A stretch of DNA of 64,000 bases, taken from contig CBDFJG010000004.1 of assembly GCA_965248445.1 (NCBI GenBank), positions 1,344,001 through 1,408,000 on the forward strand, given 5' to 3'. Position 1 is the stretch's first letter. Every line of letters starts with the position of its first letter. The notes under the pieces are model-generated. The model ran no database searches, was not told the DNA's origin, and worked only from the letters and a program-made list of their open reading frames with translations. The stretch is from Planctomycetota bacterium (GTDB lineage: Bacteria; Planctomycetota; JAJSAM01; JAJVHW01). Shown one piece after another: positions 46,037 through 59,451 of this stretch. The translations under genes and the position numbers were made by a program.

Positions 46037-46978
46037 TCAGTCTGAGTCCGCGTGGGCGGCGGCGAAAGGTTTTCCCCGGAGCCGCCCGCAGGCCGAGACC
46101 GCCAGCCTGAGAGCGGCCTCCATGCTCCCCGCGTCGGCCAGGCCCCGGCCGGCGATGTCGCGGGCCGAACCGTGGTCCGGAGAGGTGCGGGGCACCGGGA
46201 GGCCGAGCGTCAGGTTGACCGCCGAGCCGCCGCAGAGGGCCTTGAGCGCGGCGAGACCCTGGTCGTGGAACATCGCCACGTGGGCATCGAAGCGCCTGCG
46301 AGTGCGCGGGGCGAACGCGCCGTCACCGGCCAGCGGCCCCTCGCAGTCGATGCCCTCGGCACGGCAGCGGGCAATCGCCGGGGCGATCGTCTCGGCGTCC
46401 TCGTGTCCGAGAACTCCGTCCTCGCCGGCGTGCGGATTCAGCCCGAGCACCGCGATGCGCGGCGCCTCGATCCCGAACCAGTCGCACAGTCCCCGATGGG
46501 TGTGGCGGACCGCGCGCACGATCGCGTCGTCCGTGACTGCCGCGGGGACGTCGCGCAGCGGCATGTGCGTCGTGACAAGCGCCACGCGGAGTTCGTCTCC
46601 GGCGAGCATCATCGTCGGCTGCGGCGCGTTCAGCCTGGCCCCCAGGAACTCCGTCTGGCCGGGAAACTCGAATCCCTGGCGGACGAGGTCATGCTTGGTG
46701 ACCGGCGCCGTCACGATGCCGTCGGCCCTGCCGTCGTTCGCGCGTCGGCACGCCTCTTCGAGCGCCCAGAGTGCGGACGGCGGGCCGGACTCCGGCGCCG
46801 GCTCGATCCGCGCGGGTACGGGGAGGCCGAGTGTGACCGCCGTGTCGGCGATCAGTTCCTGATCCCCGAGCACGGTGACGTCGGCACCGCCTGCCGCGTC
46901 GTTGGCGAGCGCGCGGACGAGCACCTCCGGCCCGATGCCGAGCGGATCTCCCTGGGTGACGACGAGTCGCGGTCTCAC
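46037..46978 (-). CDS. pdxA: 4-hydroxythreonine-4-phosphate dehydrogenase
   Basis: TQGDPLGIGPEV, TAPVTK, FPGQTEFL, VTTHMPL, LNPHAGE, MFHDQG, RTSPDHG. Confidence 0.93.
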   Translation of the reverse strand: MRPRLVVTQGDPLGIGPEVLVRALANDAAGGADVTVLGDQELIADTAVTLGLPVPARIEPAPESGPPSALWALEEACRRANDGRADGIVTAPVTKHDLVRQGFEFPGQTEFLGARLNAPQPTMMLAGDELRVALVTTHMPLRDVPAAVTDDAIVRAVRHTHRGLCDWFGIEAPRIAVLGLNPHAGEDGVLGHEDAETIAPAIARCRAEGIDCEGPLAGDGAFAPRTRRRFDAHVAMFHDQGLAALKALCGGSAVNLTLGLPVPRTSPDHGSARDIAGRGLADAGSMEAALRLAVSACGRLRGKPFAAAHADSD

Positions 46979-47065
46979 GTGATGCGTGGCTCCTGTTTCG
47001 AACACGCCACCTGAACGCGCCAACACGCGTCCGAAGTCCGTAAAGTCGCGGCGATCCGGCGCTTG

Positions 47066-48277
47066 CTACTCATCCGCCTGGCCGCGCGACAGCGCAACGA
47101 AGTTCTCGACGCAGATCGACACGGCGTCGGCGATCTCCGGTCCGGTTGGACCGGCGTACGTCACGCCCTTCCCTTGTGCTTTGAGCAGGGCCTTGCCGAC
47201 CTTCGACTCGAGCTTGTTGCGGGACTTCCCGAGCCGAGTCTGGAGCTTGTCCGAGTTCTGTTTGGCGGCGTCCTTGGCATAGGCGGCGAAGGCCCCCTGG
47301 CAGTAGGACGCGGCGAACTTCAGCAGCTTGCGTCGCAACGCGCGGTCGAACTTGCTCGCCGTGTCGGCGCCGAACAGGATGTCGATCGTGATCTCGTGTA
47401 TGTCCTGCCGCAGCGTCGTGTTCGAACTCCCGGCTTCGGAACCCGGCAGAAGGCAGTTGCCGCCCTTCTTCTCCGCCTTCTCGCAGGCCTTCGTGAAGCT
47501 CGACTGGAACTTGTTGTCCGCCTTGTCGAGGCACGCGGCTTCGCTGGTGCCCTCCGGGTCCTTCTCGGGCGGCCGCCCCGCCCGCTTGCCCATGCACTTC
47601 AGGAGCGAACCGGTGAGCTTGCCGGCGGCCGTCAGCTGACCCTTGCGGCACCGGCTCGTGTTCGGCGCTGTCTTCAGCGAGTACGCGACGGTGCCCCTGA
47701 TGCCGCCGAAGGCGCCGCTGCTGAACGGGAGTTGATAGCGGGTCACGTCCTGTATCAGGCCGCCGTCGGAACTCGCCCGGGCCTTGATGTCGAGCAGCGT
47801 GAGGTTGAAGTTGTAGGCGGGCAACGCCTGCGACTCGAGCAGGCGACCTGACGTCTCCGTGCCGGTCGCACTGATCGCGTAGTTGTCGGACACCGTCCCG
47901 GACGACGTCTTCGTGTTGTCTCCTATCTGAACGAACGCCGGGAGCCCGCCGTTGCAGCGCGCCTCGTAGCTCCCGACCTTGAGTACCACGTCCACAATCG
48001 AGCCGTGGTAGACGGTGACGTCGGGGTCCGTGACGTGCGGCTCGCCAACGGCCGTGGACTCGACCGTCCACGTCAGCGTGACGTCGGCGCCGAGGACCAC
48101 GCCGACGGCCGCGAGTTCCGAGACGACGGTCGCGTCCGATGGAAGCAGCGTGATCTCGCCGTAGACGGTGTTCTCGACCTCCGCGGCGTGGGCGCTTCCG
48201 GCCAGGAGCCCCGCGCAAACGACCGTGGCCAGCGCCGCAGTTCGCCGAACCGACGAAGACGCTCCGCAAGTCCCCAT
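47066..48277 (-). CDS. Secreted hypothetical protein with a beta-rich N-terminus and Cys/Lys-rich helical C-terminus
   Basis: Signal peptide ending AHA-AE; paired cysteines in the C-terminal half. Confidence 0.65.
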   Translation of the reverse strand: MGTCGASSSVRRTAALATVVCAGLLAGSAHAAEVENTVYGEITLLPSDATVVSELAAVGVVLGADVTLTWTVESTAVGEPHVTDPDVTVYHGSIVDVVLKVGSYEARCNGGLPAFVQIGDNTKTSSGTVSDNYAISATGTETSGRLLESQALPAYNFNLTLLDIKARASSDGGLIQDVTRYQLPFSSGAFGGIRGTVAYSLKTAPNTSRCRKGQLTAAGKLTGSLLKCMGKRAGRPPEKDPEGTSEAACLDKADNKFQSSFTKACEKAEKKGGNCLLPGSEAGSSNTTLRQDIHEITIDILFGADTASKFDRALRRKLLKFAASYCQGAFAAYAKDAAKQNSDKLQTRLGKSRNKLESKVGKALLKAQGKGVTYAGPTGPEIADAVSICVENFVALSRGQADE

Positions 48278-48403
48278 GACACTCCCCTCCCGTGTGCGCC
48301 GGAGCCCTGCGCCACGGGTGTCATCCCGGAGCCGCGGGCTTCCGCGATCCGCCTGGATCGTCGCGGAGTGAGGCGTCCTCGTCAATGTTCTGGAAGAGCC
48401 GCA

Positions 48404-51019
48404 CTAGGTCGCGAAGCGGCGGGCGAGGGACTCGAGGACGAGCAGCCCGGCGGCGAGTGCGAGCAACGGCAGCGCGCGCGGGAGCCCTCGCTCCTCAGGC
48501 GGCGCGGCGGGGGCGGGGGGCAGGGAGGAGACGAAGGTCACGCCTGCGTCGGCCGCAGCGGACCCCAGGGCATCCTGGTTCTCGCCGCGCACCGCCGGTA
48601 CGACGCAGGCCACGCGGAAGATCCCGGTGTTCGTCTCGAGTGTCCCGGCGTGCACTCCCGGCGCCAGGGGGGTCGGGAGTGTCGCCATGGCGTTGCCTTG
48701 CTCGTCCGTCACTTCGACGGCGAGCACGTCGGCCGACGCGGCGTTCCCGACCGGCGCGAGGCGCAGCACGCCCGCCGCCGCCCCAGGCACGAGCAGATGA
48801 GTGCGCCCCCTGGCGTCGATCGTCGCCGACGCCATCCGCGTGCGCGTGAACGGTTCGCGCGGTGGCGCGACGGACCGGACGAGCTGGGCGAGGAACGCGC
48901 CGCCGTGCACCCACGCGAACAACTCCGTCGCGTCAGGAGACGACATGTCCGCGGGAATGACCGCCACGCGTCCCAGTCCCGCTCTGCCGGTGACCAGCGC
49001 CGGCGTCGGATCGTCGGTGAACACCAGCGGCGTGCGGCTGTCATTCCGCGGAAGGACGGTTTCGACGTGTGTCAACTCGGGCCAGCGCTTGGCGGGGAGT
49101 GCGGCAAGTGCCGGGGATGCGGCGACGATTTGCGGTGACGCGGTGCGGCCGGTCTCCTCCGGTTCCGCCACGCGTTCGGGCGGCGGCGGTACGGGCTTCG
49201 GAAAGGCGGGCGGGAGCGTCGGCGGCGGCGGGGGAAGCCCGGCGATCTTCTCGTCGATCAGTGCCGTCGCCTTCACCGCCCGAGGTCCCGTTGCGAACTT
49301 GCTGGTGTCCTCGGTGACGACTTCGGGGATGCGCGCAGGATCGACGGCGTAGTGGATCCCGCCGTGCCCCCAGTTCTTCAGCCGGGTGAGCAGCTTGTCG
49401 TCCGCGCTGTCGCCGATCGAGACGCACGAGAGCGTCATGCCTTTGGCTGCGGCCTCGGTGACGAGCGGCATCCAGACGGCGCCGCGCGTGTAGCCGTCCG
49501 TCAGAACGATCACGTGCTTGACGCCGGCGCGCTCGCGCTCGAGATACCGGTAACCGGACTCGAGCGCGCGGTAGAAGTCCGTGCCGCCCTGCGCCTGAAT
49601 TCGCGCGAGGCGGCGCACGACGGAGCGGCGGTTGCCGGCGGCCTGGAAGGGCACGGCCCAGTTGAACGAGTCGTCGAACACGATGACACCGACCCGGTCC
49701 TCCGGTGCGAGGCTGCGGGTCGCGGCCATGGCGGCCTGCTTGGCCATGCCCAGTTTCGGTCCTGCCATGCTCACCGATCGATCGACCACGAGCAGCAGCG
49801 CGATCCGCCGCGCGTCCTTCTCGCCGTCGTCGAGCGTGACCCGGGGTGCTTCCGGGTCGGGGGGCGGCGGATCCGGGTCCGGCGCGGGTTCCGGCTCCGG
49901 TGGTTGGACGGGGGGCGGTGGCGACGGAGCGCGCGGGGGCAAGGACACCGGCAGAGCCGCCAGGAGCGTGCCGTCTCGCAGCCGCTCGAGACCCAGCGGC
50001 CCGCGGCCGCCCGCTACGACGAGACCGGCGCCGTCCCGGACGCGTTCTTCCACTGCCCGCTCGAATGCGTCGCCGGCCGCACCCGGGCCGGCCACGAGAA
50101 CGTCGTGTGCGGCGAGCATCGACGGGGTGACTTCCTGCGGAGCGGCGTGCACGACGTCGAGTCCCTGCGTCAGGAGTTGCAGCACCAGCGGCGAGGAGTC
50201 CCGTGCGACCGTGTCCGTCACCAGGACGCGCGGCGCGGACACGATCTCGACGAAGCGCGCGGCCGGTGCGCGCCCAGGAACTTCGGCCACCACGAGTTGC
50301 ATCCCGGCGTCGCACAGGACCGGAGGCACGGCGATGCGCCGCGTGTCCGCTGTCACCGCGACCAGGACGCGTTCGGCGCCCACGGTCACGCGCACGGTTC
50401 CCGGGGTGAACGGTGAGGCGCCAGCGTCGAGCACGAGTTCGAGCGGCTGACCGGCCTCGTGGACCAGGGGGGCGAGGATGGCTGGCGCGCCGGGTGGGGG
50501 CCGCGCTTGCGCGCCGCGCGGGAGCGGCGGGTCGCCGACGCCGACGCGCTCCAGTCGGTCGCCGGGACGGAGCGCATCCGACACGTGACGGCGTTCGACG
50601 TGGTCGGCGAGCGGTCCTGCACCGTTGGTCGAGAGACCCAGCACCGCCGGTGTCCCTGGAGCACGGCTAGCGCGGAGGATCTCCACCGCGGTGGCGGCAT
50701 CCGCCGCGTCTCCGGGCCACATCACGTCGCGAACGGTCGGATTCACGGGGTCGCCGGCCACCGCAGTGTGCGCCGGGCGCGCGAGCAACGCATCGCCGTG
50801 GCGCTCCTGACTCTCCGCGACGAACGGGCCGGCGGCGGCGAGCAGCAGCAACGCAACGGCGCCGCCGCGCAACACTGCTGCCAAGAACGACGTCGCGGGG
50901 CGGCCGCCGGCCCGGCGCATACGCCGCGCAGCCACGAACGCCACGACCAGTCCCACCGCGACGGACGCTGCCACGAGTTGCAGCGTCGTGAGAGGCAGTT
51001 CCCACTCGAGCCGCTGCAT
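48404..51019 (-). CDS. Membrane protein with vWA domain and glutamine-amidotransferase-like region
   Basis: N-terminal TMs; MIDAS VDRSVSM, GGTDF, LTDG; GLGRVAV; C-terminal LLVLESLARR anchor. Confidence 0.8.
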   Translation of the reverse strand: MQRLEWELPLTTLQLVAASVAVGLVVAFVAARRMRRAGGRPATSFLAAVLRGGAVALLLLAAAGPFVAESQERHGDALLARPAHTAVAGDPVNPTVRDVMWPGDAADAATAVEILRASRAPGTPAVLGLSTNGAGPLADHVERRHVSDALRPGDRLERVGVGDPPLPRGAQARPPPGAPAILAPLVHEAGQPLELVLDAGASPFTPGTVRVTVGAERVLVAVTADTRRIAVPPVLCDAGMQLVVAEVPGRAPAARFVEIVSAPRVLVTDTVARDSSPLVLQLLTQGLDVVHAAPQEVTPSMLAAHDVLVAGPGAAGDAFERAVEERVRDGAGLVVAGGRGPLGLERLRDGTLLAALPVSLPPRAPSPPPPVQPPEPEPAPDPDPPPPDPEAPRVTLDDGEKDARRIALLLVVDRSVSMAGPKLGMAKQAAMAATRSLAPEDRVGVIVFDDSFNWAVPFQAAGNRRSVVRRLARIQAQGGTDFYRALESGYRYLERERAGVKHVIVLTDGYTRGAVWMPLVTEAAAKGMTLSCVSIGDSADDKLLTRLKNWGHGGIHYAVDPARIPEVVTEDTSKFATGPRAVKATALIDEKIAGLPPPPPTLPPAFPKPVPPPPERVAEPEETGRTASPQIVAASPALAALPAKRWPELTHVETVLPRNDSRTPLVFTDDPTPALVTGRAGLGRVAVIPADMSSPDATELFAWVHGGAFLAQLVRSVAPPREPFTRTRMASATIDARGRTHLLVPGAAAGVLRLAPVGNAASADVLAVEVTDEQGNAMATLPTPLAPGVHAGTLETNTGIFRVACVVPAVRGENQDALGSAAADAGVTFVSSLPPAPAAPPEERGLPRALPLLALAAGLLVLESLARRFAT

Positions 51020-51050
51020 CAGCCCTCCGTCACGGGGTCACTGGGACCGG

Positions 51051-52343
51051 CTAACGCTTGCGGACCAGCAACGCTCCCAGCCAATCGGCGTGGTCCTGGA
51101 TCGGGTACGGGTCCTCGGCGTCACCGGCGGACACCCGCAGCGAGAGCGTCTTCGCGTCGGCGACGGAGATGCGGCCCGCGTCCACGGGCCCCGTCTTGCC
51201 GTGGTCGCCGCGCGCCAGCGTCGACCTCACGAACCCGCTGGACCACTTCACCTTGCCGTCCACGAGCACTTCGAACACCGCCCCGCCGAGCGCGCCCGCG
51301 CCGTCGTCGATGCCGATCGCCGTACGCAGTTCCGCGTACTCGCCCGCGAGTTGCCAGGTCAGCGTCGTTCCCGAGTACACGCCGATGCCCTTCAGCCAGG
51401 TGCGTCCTCCGACCGTGAGCGGGGCGTCCGAGAACGCGCGGTCCCAGCGCGGCGCGTAGAGCTTGTTCGGGTCCCCTGCCACGGGCGCCCAGAACGGCCG
51501 CACGTCGATCTCCGGCGCGGGCAGATCCGAGAGATACGCGAACCGACTCCCGCGCACGAGGATCGCGACGACATCCGCCATCCGCGCGCGTGCCTTGTAA
51601 CCGGCGGAACCGTTGAGTGAGAGCACGCGCGAATCATCGAGCGACGGGATCGGCCCGACGACGCGCGACCCGTCGCGTAGCGCAACCGTGAACAGCCGGC
51701 CCTGCGCGACGGTCGCATCGAGCTTCGCGAGACGTACGGCGACGACGCGCGCGATCGGCAGCCGCAGTGAGTCGGACGCGTCGGTCGCGCACACGATGGC
51801 GCCCGCGTCGAGCGACACGATGGTGCAGTCCACCCGGTCGCCGCCGACCAGGAAGACGCGGTCCGATACCTCGCCCTCCGCGACGGAGAGCGGCGGACGT
51901 TCCGATCCGCCCTCGGTGCGAGCGAGTACGTCGACGCCGGCGATGGCATCGAGCGGCACATCGATGTCACCGAGCAGTGGCGACCGCAGCGCCACGCTCT
52001 CGTCGTCGCCGCGGGTGATGACTCCGGTCAACCGGTCGCCATGCCAAAGGTCCAGTGCGACCTCGCCCGGCTGCCGGTCACGCGCCCCGTCGGGGGCGCG
52101 TCCGAAGTCGACCGAGATCACGTCGTCGAGCGGGACCGACGTCTTGCCCTCGGTCTGCGAGAGTTCGAGTGCGGTCGCCGAGAGACCGGTCACCGCGAGT
52201 CCGTGCGTAAGGCTGCCCTCGACGCGGGTGACCTGGATGCCCGTCGCGGCTCCGTCGTCCCCCTGGGCGGGGGAGGTCGTGGCCAGGGCGGCGGCCAGTG
52301 CCATCACGGTCGCGCCGGCGAGCCGGCGAAGGGTCTGTTCCAT
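51051..52343 (-). CDS. Secreted NPCBM/NEW2-domain protein
   Basis: YLSDL, KGIGVYS, IGIDD, VFEVLVDG, DHADW. Confidence 0.82.
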   Translation of the reverse strand: MEQTLRRLAGATVMALAAALATTSPAQGDDGAATGIQVTRVEGSLTHGLAVTGLSATALELSQTEGKTSVPLDDVISVDFGRAPDGARDRQPGEVALDLWHGDRLTGVITRGDDESVALRSPLLGDIDVPLDAIAGVDVLARTEGGSERPPLSVAEGEVSDRVFLVGGDRVDCTIVSLDAGAIVCATDASDSLRLPIARVVAVRLAKLDATVAQGRLFTVALRDGSRVVGPIPSLDDSRVLSLNGSAGYKARARMADVVAILVRGSRFAYLSDLPAPEIDVRPFWAPVAGDPNKLYAPRWDRAFSDAPLTVGGRTWLKGIGVYSGTTLTWQLAGEYAELRTAIGIDDGAGALGGAVFEVLVDGKVKWSSGFVRSTLARGDHGKTGPVDAGRISVADAKTLSLRVSAGDAEDPYPIQDHADWLGALLVRKR

Positions 52344-52597
52344 CACGGAAAGAGTAGCCGCACCGGCGCACGGCGGCGGAGCCCTCCCGAGGCCGGATCC
52401 GTGCCGTGACAGCTTGACAGAGACGAGCGGGGGCCAGGCTCGGCGCTGCCAGCGTGTCATCGCGCCGAGGCTCACCCGGGCTGCAGCAGGCTCCGGGCCC
52501 CGCGGCACGCAGGCTGCGACTGCGCGGTGGGCGGAGAGTCTGCGCCCTGCGCACGAGTGCGTACGGACGCGACCCCGAGTTGGAAGGAGTCCAGCAG

Positions 52598-54205
<1,608 letters not shown>

Positions 54206-54265
54206 CCGGCGTCAGCGAACCGGAATCCCCCGACATCAACTCTCAGCGATACCAGGAGTCCTCCC

Positions 54266-54553
54266 GTGAAGCTCAAGCCCCTCAATGATCGTGTGATCGT
54301 CACTCCGCTCGAGGCGGAGGAGAAGACCGCCGGCGGTGTCATCCTCCCCGGCAGCGCGCAGGAGAAGCCCAACAAGGGCAAGGTCGTGGCCGTCGGGCCC
54401 GGCGCCATGATGGACGACGGCGAGCGTTACGCGCCCAGCGTCAAGAAGGGCAGCGTCGTCTACTACGGCAAGTACTCCGGCACCGAGGTCAAGGTCGGCG
54501 GCAAGGAGTTCAAGATCCTCCAGGAGAGGGACATCCTCGCCGTCGAGAACTGA
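54266..54553 (+). CDS. groES: Co-chaperonin GroES
   Basis: LKPLNDRV, KTAGGVILP, KYSGTEVK, DILA. Confidence 0.97.
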   Translation: MKLKPLNDRVIVTPLEAEEKTAGGVILPGSAQEKPNKGKVVAVGPGAMMDDGERYAPSVKKGSVVYYGKYSGTEVKVGGKEFKILQERDILAVEN

Positions 54554-54631
54554 CTCGACTTTCCCGCCCGGTCCACCACAAGCACCACAAGCCCTACTCA
54601 GCTCAGCACCGCACGCAACAGGAGCGACATC

Positions 54632-56251
<1,620 letters not shown>

Positions 56252-56277
56252 CTCCTGGCTCGCGGGCGGGAGAACAC

Positions 56278-57426
56278 GTGGCGGACAAGCGCGACTACTA
56301 CGAGGTGCTCGGCGTAGCCCGCGAGGCGTCCGCGGACGAGATCAAGAAGGCGTACCGCAAGCTCGCCCTCAAGTACCACCCGGACCGCAACCCCGGTGAC
56401 CGGTCCGCGGAGGCGAGCTTCAAGGAGGCCGCCGAGGCGTACGAAGTCCTCTCCGACGACCAGAAGCGCGCGGGCTACGACCGCTTCGGCCACAGCGCGC
56501 CGCAGGCGCAGGGCTTCCCCGGCGGCTTCTCCGGCGTCAGTAACCCGTTCGACATCTTCGAGCAGGTGTTCGGCGGCCGCGGTGGATCCGTGCTCGACGA
56601 ACTCTTCGGCGGCGGCGGTGGGGGACGCGCCCGCAGCGGTGGTGCCGCGCGCGGAAGCCACCTGCGGGTCGATGTCACGCTCGAGTTCGCCGAGATGGCA
56701 CAAGGCGCCCGCAAGACGATCACCCTCCGGCGTCAGGAGCAGTGCGGCACCTGCACGGGCAGCGGTGCCGCGCCGGGATCCAAACGCACGCGGTGCGACA
56801 CGTGCGGCGGCGCCGGGCAGGTCCGCCAGGTCGCGTTCGGCTTCATGCACGTGCAGCAGACCTGCCCGCACTGCTCGGGTCAGGGCTCGATGCTCGACAC
56901 GCCATGCACGAACTGCAGCGGCACGGGCCGCGAGTTGCGCAAGCGCGACATCGAGGTCACGTTCCCGGCCGGCATCGAGGACGGCACCCAGATGCGGCTG
57001 CGCGGTCAGGGCGAAGCGGGCGTCCGCGGCGGTCCGGCGGGCGACCTGTTCGTCGTGGTCCGGGTGAAGCGGCACAAGCTGTTCCGCCGGCACGACGACG
57101 ATCTCCTCGTGACCGTGCCCGTGTCGTTCGCCGACGCCGCGCTCGGCGCGACGGTCGAGGTGCCGACGCTCGACGCCAAGGAGAGCGTCAAGCTGAAGGC
57201 CGGCAGCGAGAACGGGACCCGCGTGCGCGTGCGCGGCAAGGGACTGCCGAACGTCCACTCCGGCCGCCGCGGCGACCTGATCGCCACGGTCGAGGTGGAG
57301 GTGCCCAAGAAGCTCACGTCCCGTCAGCGGGAACTGCTCGAGGAGTTCCGCAAGACCGAGGAGGAGAACCCCGGTCCGCGCCGCAAGAGCTTCCTCGACC
57401 ACCTCTCGGACCTGTTTGCGCTATGA
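56278..57426 (+). CDS. dnaJ: Chaperone DnaJ
   Basis: [14 protein letters not shown]-rich region, four CxxCxGxG motifs. Confidence 0.97.
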   Translation: MADKRDYYEVLGVAREASADEIKKAYRKLALKYHPDRNPGDRSAEASFKEAAEAYEVLSDDQKRAGYDRFGHSAPQAQGFPGGFSGVSNPFDIFEQVFGGRGGSVLDELFGGGGGGRARSGGAARGSHLRVDVTLEFAEMAQGARKTITLRRQEQCGTCTGSGAAPGSKRTRCDTCGGAGQVRQVAFGFMHVQQTCPHCSGQGSMLDTPCTNCSGTGRELRKRDIEVTFPAGIEDGTQMRLRGQGEAGVRGGPAGDLFVVVRVKRHKLFRRHDDDLLVTVPVSFADAALGATVEVPTLDAKESVKLKAGSENGTRVRVRGKGLPNVHSGRRGDLIATVEVEVPKKLTSRQRELLEEFRKTEEENPGPRRKSFLDHLSDLFAL

Positions 57427-58094
57427 CCGACGAAAACGACGTGAAGGACGACCCGCTCATGGACGAGACGGCAGAGATCGCAGAAGAGCGGGCGGCGCCG
57501 ACGGAGGCCGACCTCGCCGCCGGCGAGGACCTCGTCGACACCGTGGAGATGGACGCGTCCACGGTCGCGGAACGCGTTGCGGACGCGCTCGCCGGCGCAG
57601 CGGCGGATGCGGAGTCTGACAACAGCGACGACGACATCGAGCGTCTCTACACGCGAGCCGACGTCGACAAGATCGAGGCCGCCGCCAAGGACCGCCATCT
57701 CCGGCTGTTCGCGGAGTTCGAGAACTTCCGCCGCCGGACCGCGCGCGAGAAGGAGAAGTGGTCCGACGCGGCCATCGAGGACTTCGTACGGGATCTCCTC
57801 CCCGTGTTCGACAGCTTCGACAAGGCCCGGGCGACCCCGAGCGGTGACGCGGGCGCGATGCTCGAGGGGCTGGAACTGACGTACAAGCAGTTGCACGCTG
57901 CTCTCGCCAAGAACGACATCGAGGTCATCGACCCGCTCGGCGAGGCGTTCGACCCTCGCTGGCACGAAGCGCTGATGCGCCGCCCCTCCGAGGACGCCGA
58001 GGCGGGCACCGTCCTCGAGGTGTTCGAGCGCGGCTATCGCATCGGGAAACTCCTGATCCGCCCGGCGCGTACGGTCGTCGCGTCCGAGGAGTAG
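57423..58094 (+). CDS. grpE: Nucleotide exchange factor GrpE
   Basis: [38 protein letters not shown]. Confidence 0.95.
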   Translation: MTDENDVKDDPLMDETAEIAEERAAPTEADLAAGEDLVDTVEMDASTVAERVADALAGAAADAESDNSDDDIERLYTRADVDKIEAAAKDRHLRLFAEFENFRRRTAREKEKWSDAAIEDFVRDLLPVFDSFDKARATPSGDAGAMLEGLELTYKQLHAALAKNDIEVIDPLGEAFDPRWHEALMRRPSEDAEAGTVLEVFERGYRIGKLLIRPARTVVASEE

Positions 58095-58097
58095 ATC

Positions 58098-58442
58098 GTG
58101 CCTACCTACGACTATGTCTGCCAGGCGTGCGAGCACGCGTTCGAGCACTGGCAGACGATGACGTCTCCGACCAAGCGCACGTGTCCCAAGTGCAAGAAGC
58201 GCAAGCTGCGCCGTCTGATCGGTTCGGGCGCCGGCGTGATCTTCAAGGGCTCCGGCTTCTACGAGACGGACTACAAGCGCAAGTCCCGCGGAAGCGGGAA
58301 ACCGGACAAGGAGTCGTCCGACTCCGGTTCCGATGCGCCGTCTGAGTCGAAGGACGTCGGCGACACCGCGAAGAAGCCCGCCGAGAAGTCGAGCGGTGAA
58401 GACACGGCCAAACCGCCGAAGAAGAAGAAGGACGGCGACTGA
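58098..58442 (+). CDS. FmdB-family zinc-ribbon protein
   Basis: MPTYDYVCQACEH, CPKC, FKGSGFYETDY. Confidence 0.9.
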   Translation: MPTYDYVCQACEHAFEHWQTMTSPTKRTCPKCKKRKLRRLIGSGAGVIFKGSGFYETDYKRKSRGSGKPDKESSDSGSDAPSESKDVGDTAKKPAEKSSGEDTAKPPKKKKDGD

Positions 58443-58443
58443 C

Positions 58444-58632
58444 GTGGCCATCCAGTCGATCACCTGCCGGCGCTGCGACGAGACGACCGTCTACGACGAA
58501 GACGCGGATCTGCCCGCGGGCTTCCCGTTCTGCTCCGAGCGCTGCCGCCTCCTCGACCTCGGCAAGTGGTTCGACGAGGAGTACAAGAGCACGCGCGCAG
58601 TCCAGGAAGCGGACCTCGATCGGCTCGACTAG
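58444..58632 (+). CDS. yacG: DNA gyrase inhibitor YacG
   Basis: CRRC...FPFCSERCRLLDLGKWFDEEY. Confidence 0.88.
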   Translation: MAIQSITCRRCDETTVYDEDADLPAGFPFCSERCRLLDLGKWFDEEYKSTRAVQEADLDRLD

Positions 58633-58634
58633 CT

Positions 58635-59390
58635 CTAGAAGTCGAAGCGCACGGGCTGGCGTAGCGTGAAGGGCACCGTCAGCGATGCACGCGTGGCGGG
58701 GCGATAGCGCCAGTCGCGCGCGGCCGCGAGGGCCGCGTCATCGAGCACGGCGTGCCCGCTGCTCGCTGCCACGTTCACGCCGGAGACGGTGCCGTTCGAG
58801 CGAACGTCGATCTCGAGAAGCACGACGCCACGCAGCCCGCGGCGCCGCGCGCGACGCGGATAGCGGGGCTTCGCGTTCCACGCGAGCGGGAGCGGCTTCC
58901 GCGTGCGAACAGTCGCCGGCTCTATGGGCGCCGTAGGCGGGGCAGCTCGCGCGGCCGTCGCCGGAACGCTCCAGGCCGGCTCAGGCGGCGCCGGCGCAGC
59001 CCGAACGCTGGCCACCGGCGCGCGCGCCACGGTCCGTTCTTGGCGGGGGAAAGGGGGCCGGTCGCTCGCCAGGGCGTTTGCCGGGGTGTCCTCGGGTCCG
59101 AAGTGCGCGTCGTCGTCGAACGCCGACAGACCGGACAGATCGCCCAGCGGGTCAGTGCGTGCTGGGCGGACCACACAGCCGTCCACTGCCGGCGGCTCGG
59201 GGAGTTCTCCCAGTGCGTCCGCGCGCTCCGTGTCCGATGACAACCGCACTGCTGCGGGAGCGATGGGATCGCCGGCGGTCCACGCGGCGGCTACCAGACC
59301 GAGCACGACCGCGTGAAGCGCGCCGCTCACCGCCAGCGGGCGGAATCGGCCCGCACGTGGGTGGGCCGTCGTCGTCTCGCGGGTCGTCAT
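58635..59390 (-). CDS. TonB-family energy transducer
   Basis: SGALH TM motif, Pro-rich linker, PRYP..ARRRG..G.V, SSG..VLDDAAL. Confidence 0.85.
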   Translation of the reverse strand: MTTRETTTAHPRAGRFRPLAVSGALHAVVLGLVAAAWTAGDPIAPAAVRLSSDTERADALGELPEPPAVDGCVVRPARTDPLGDLSGLSAFDDDAHFGPEDTPANALASDRPPFPRQERTVARAPVASVRAAPAPPEPAWSVPATAARAAPPTAPIEPATVRTRKPLPLAWNAKPRYPRRARRRGLRGVVLLEIDVRSNGTVSGVNVAASSGHAVLDDAALAAARDWRYRPATRASLTVPFTLRQPVRFDF

Positions 59391-59451
59391 CGCGGGGGCA
59401 CGCTCGCAGTCGGGAGCGACATCGCCCAGGCGTTTCGGCGGCCGGCGGGCG

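Noticed and set aside
52530..52565. CIRCE element upstream of groEL
   Set aside because: Only a partial right half (GAGTGCGTA), with no TTAGCACTC arm at 9-nt spacing.
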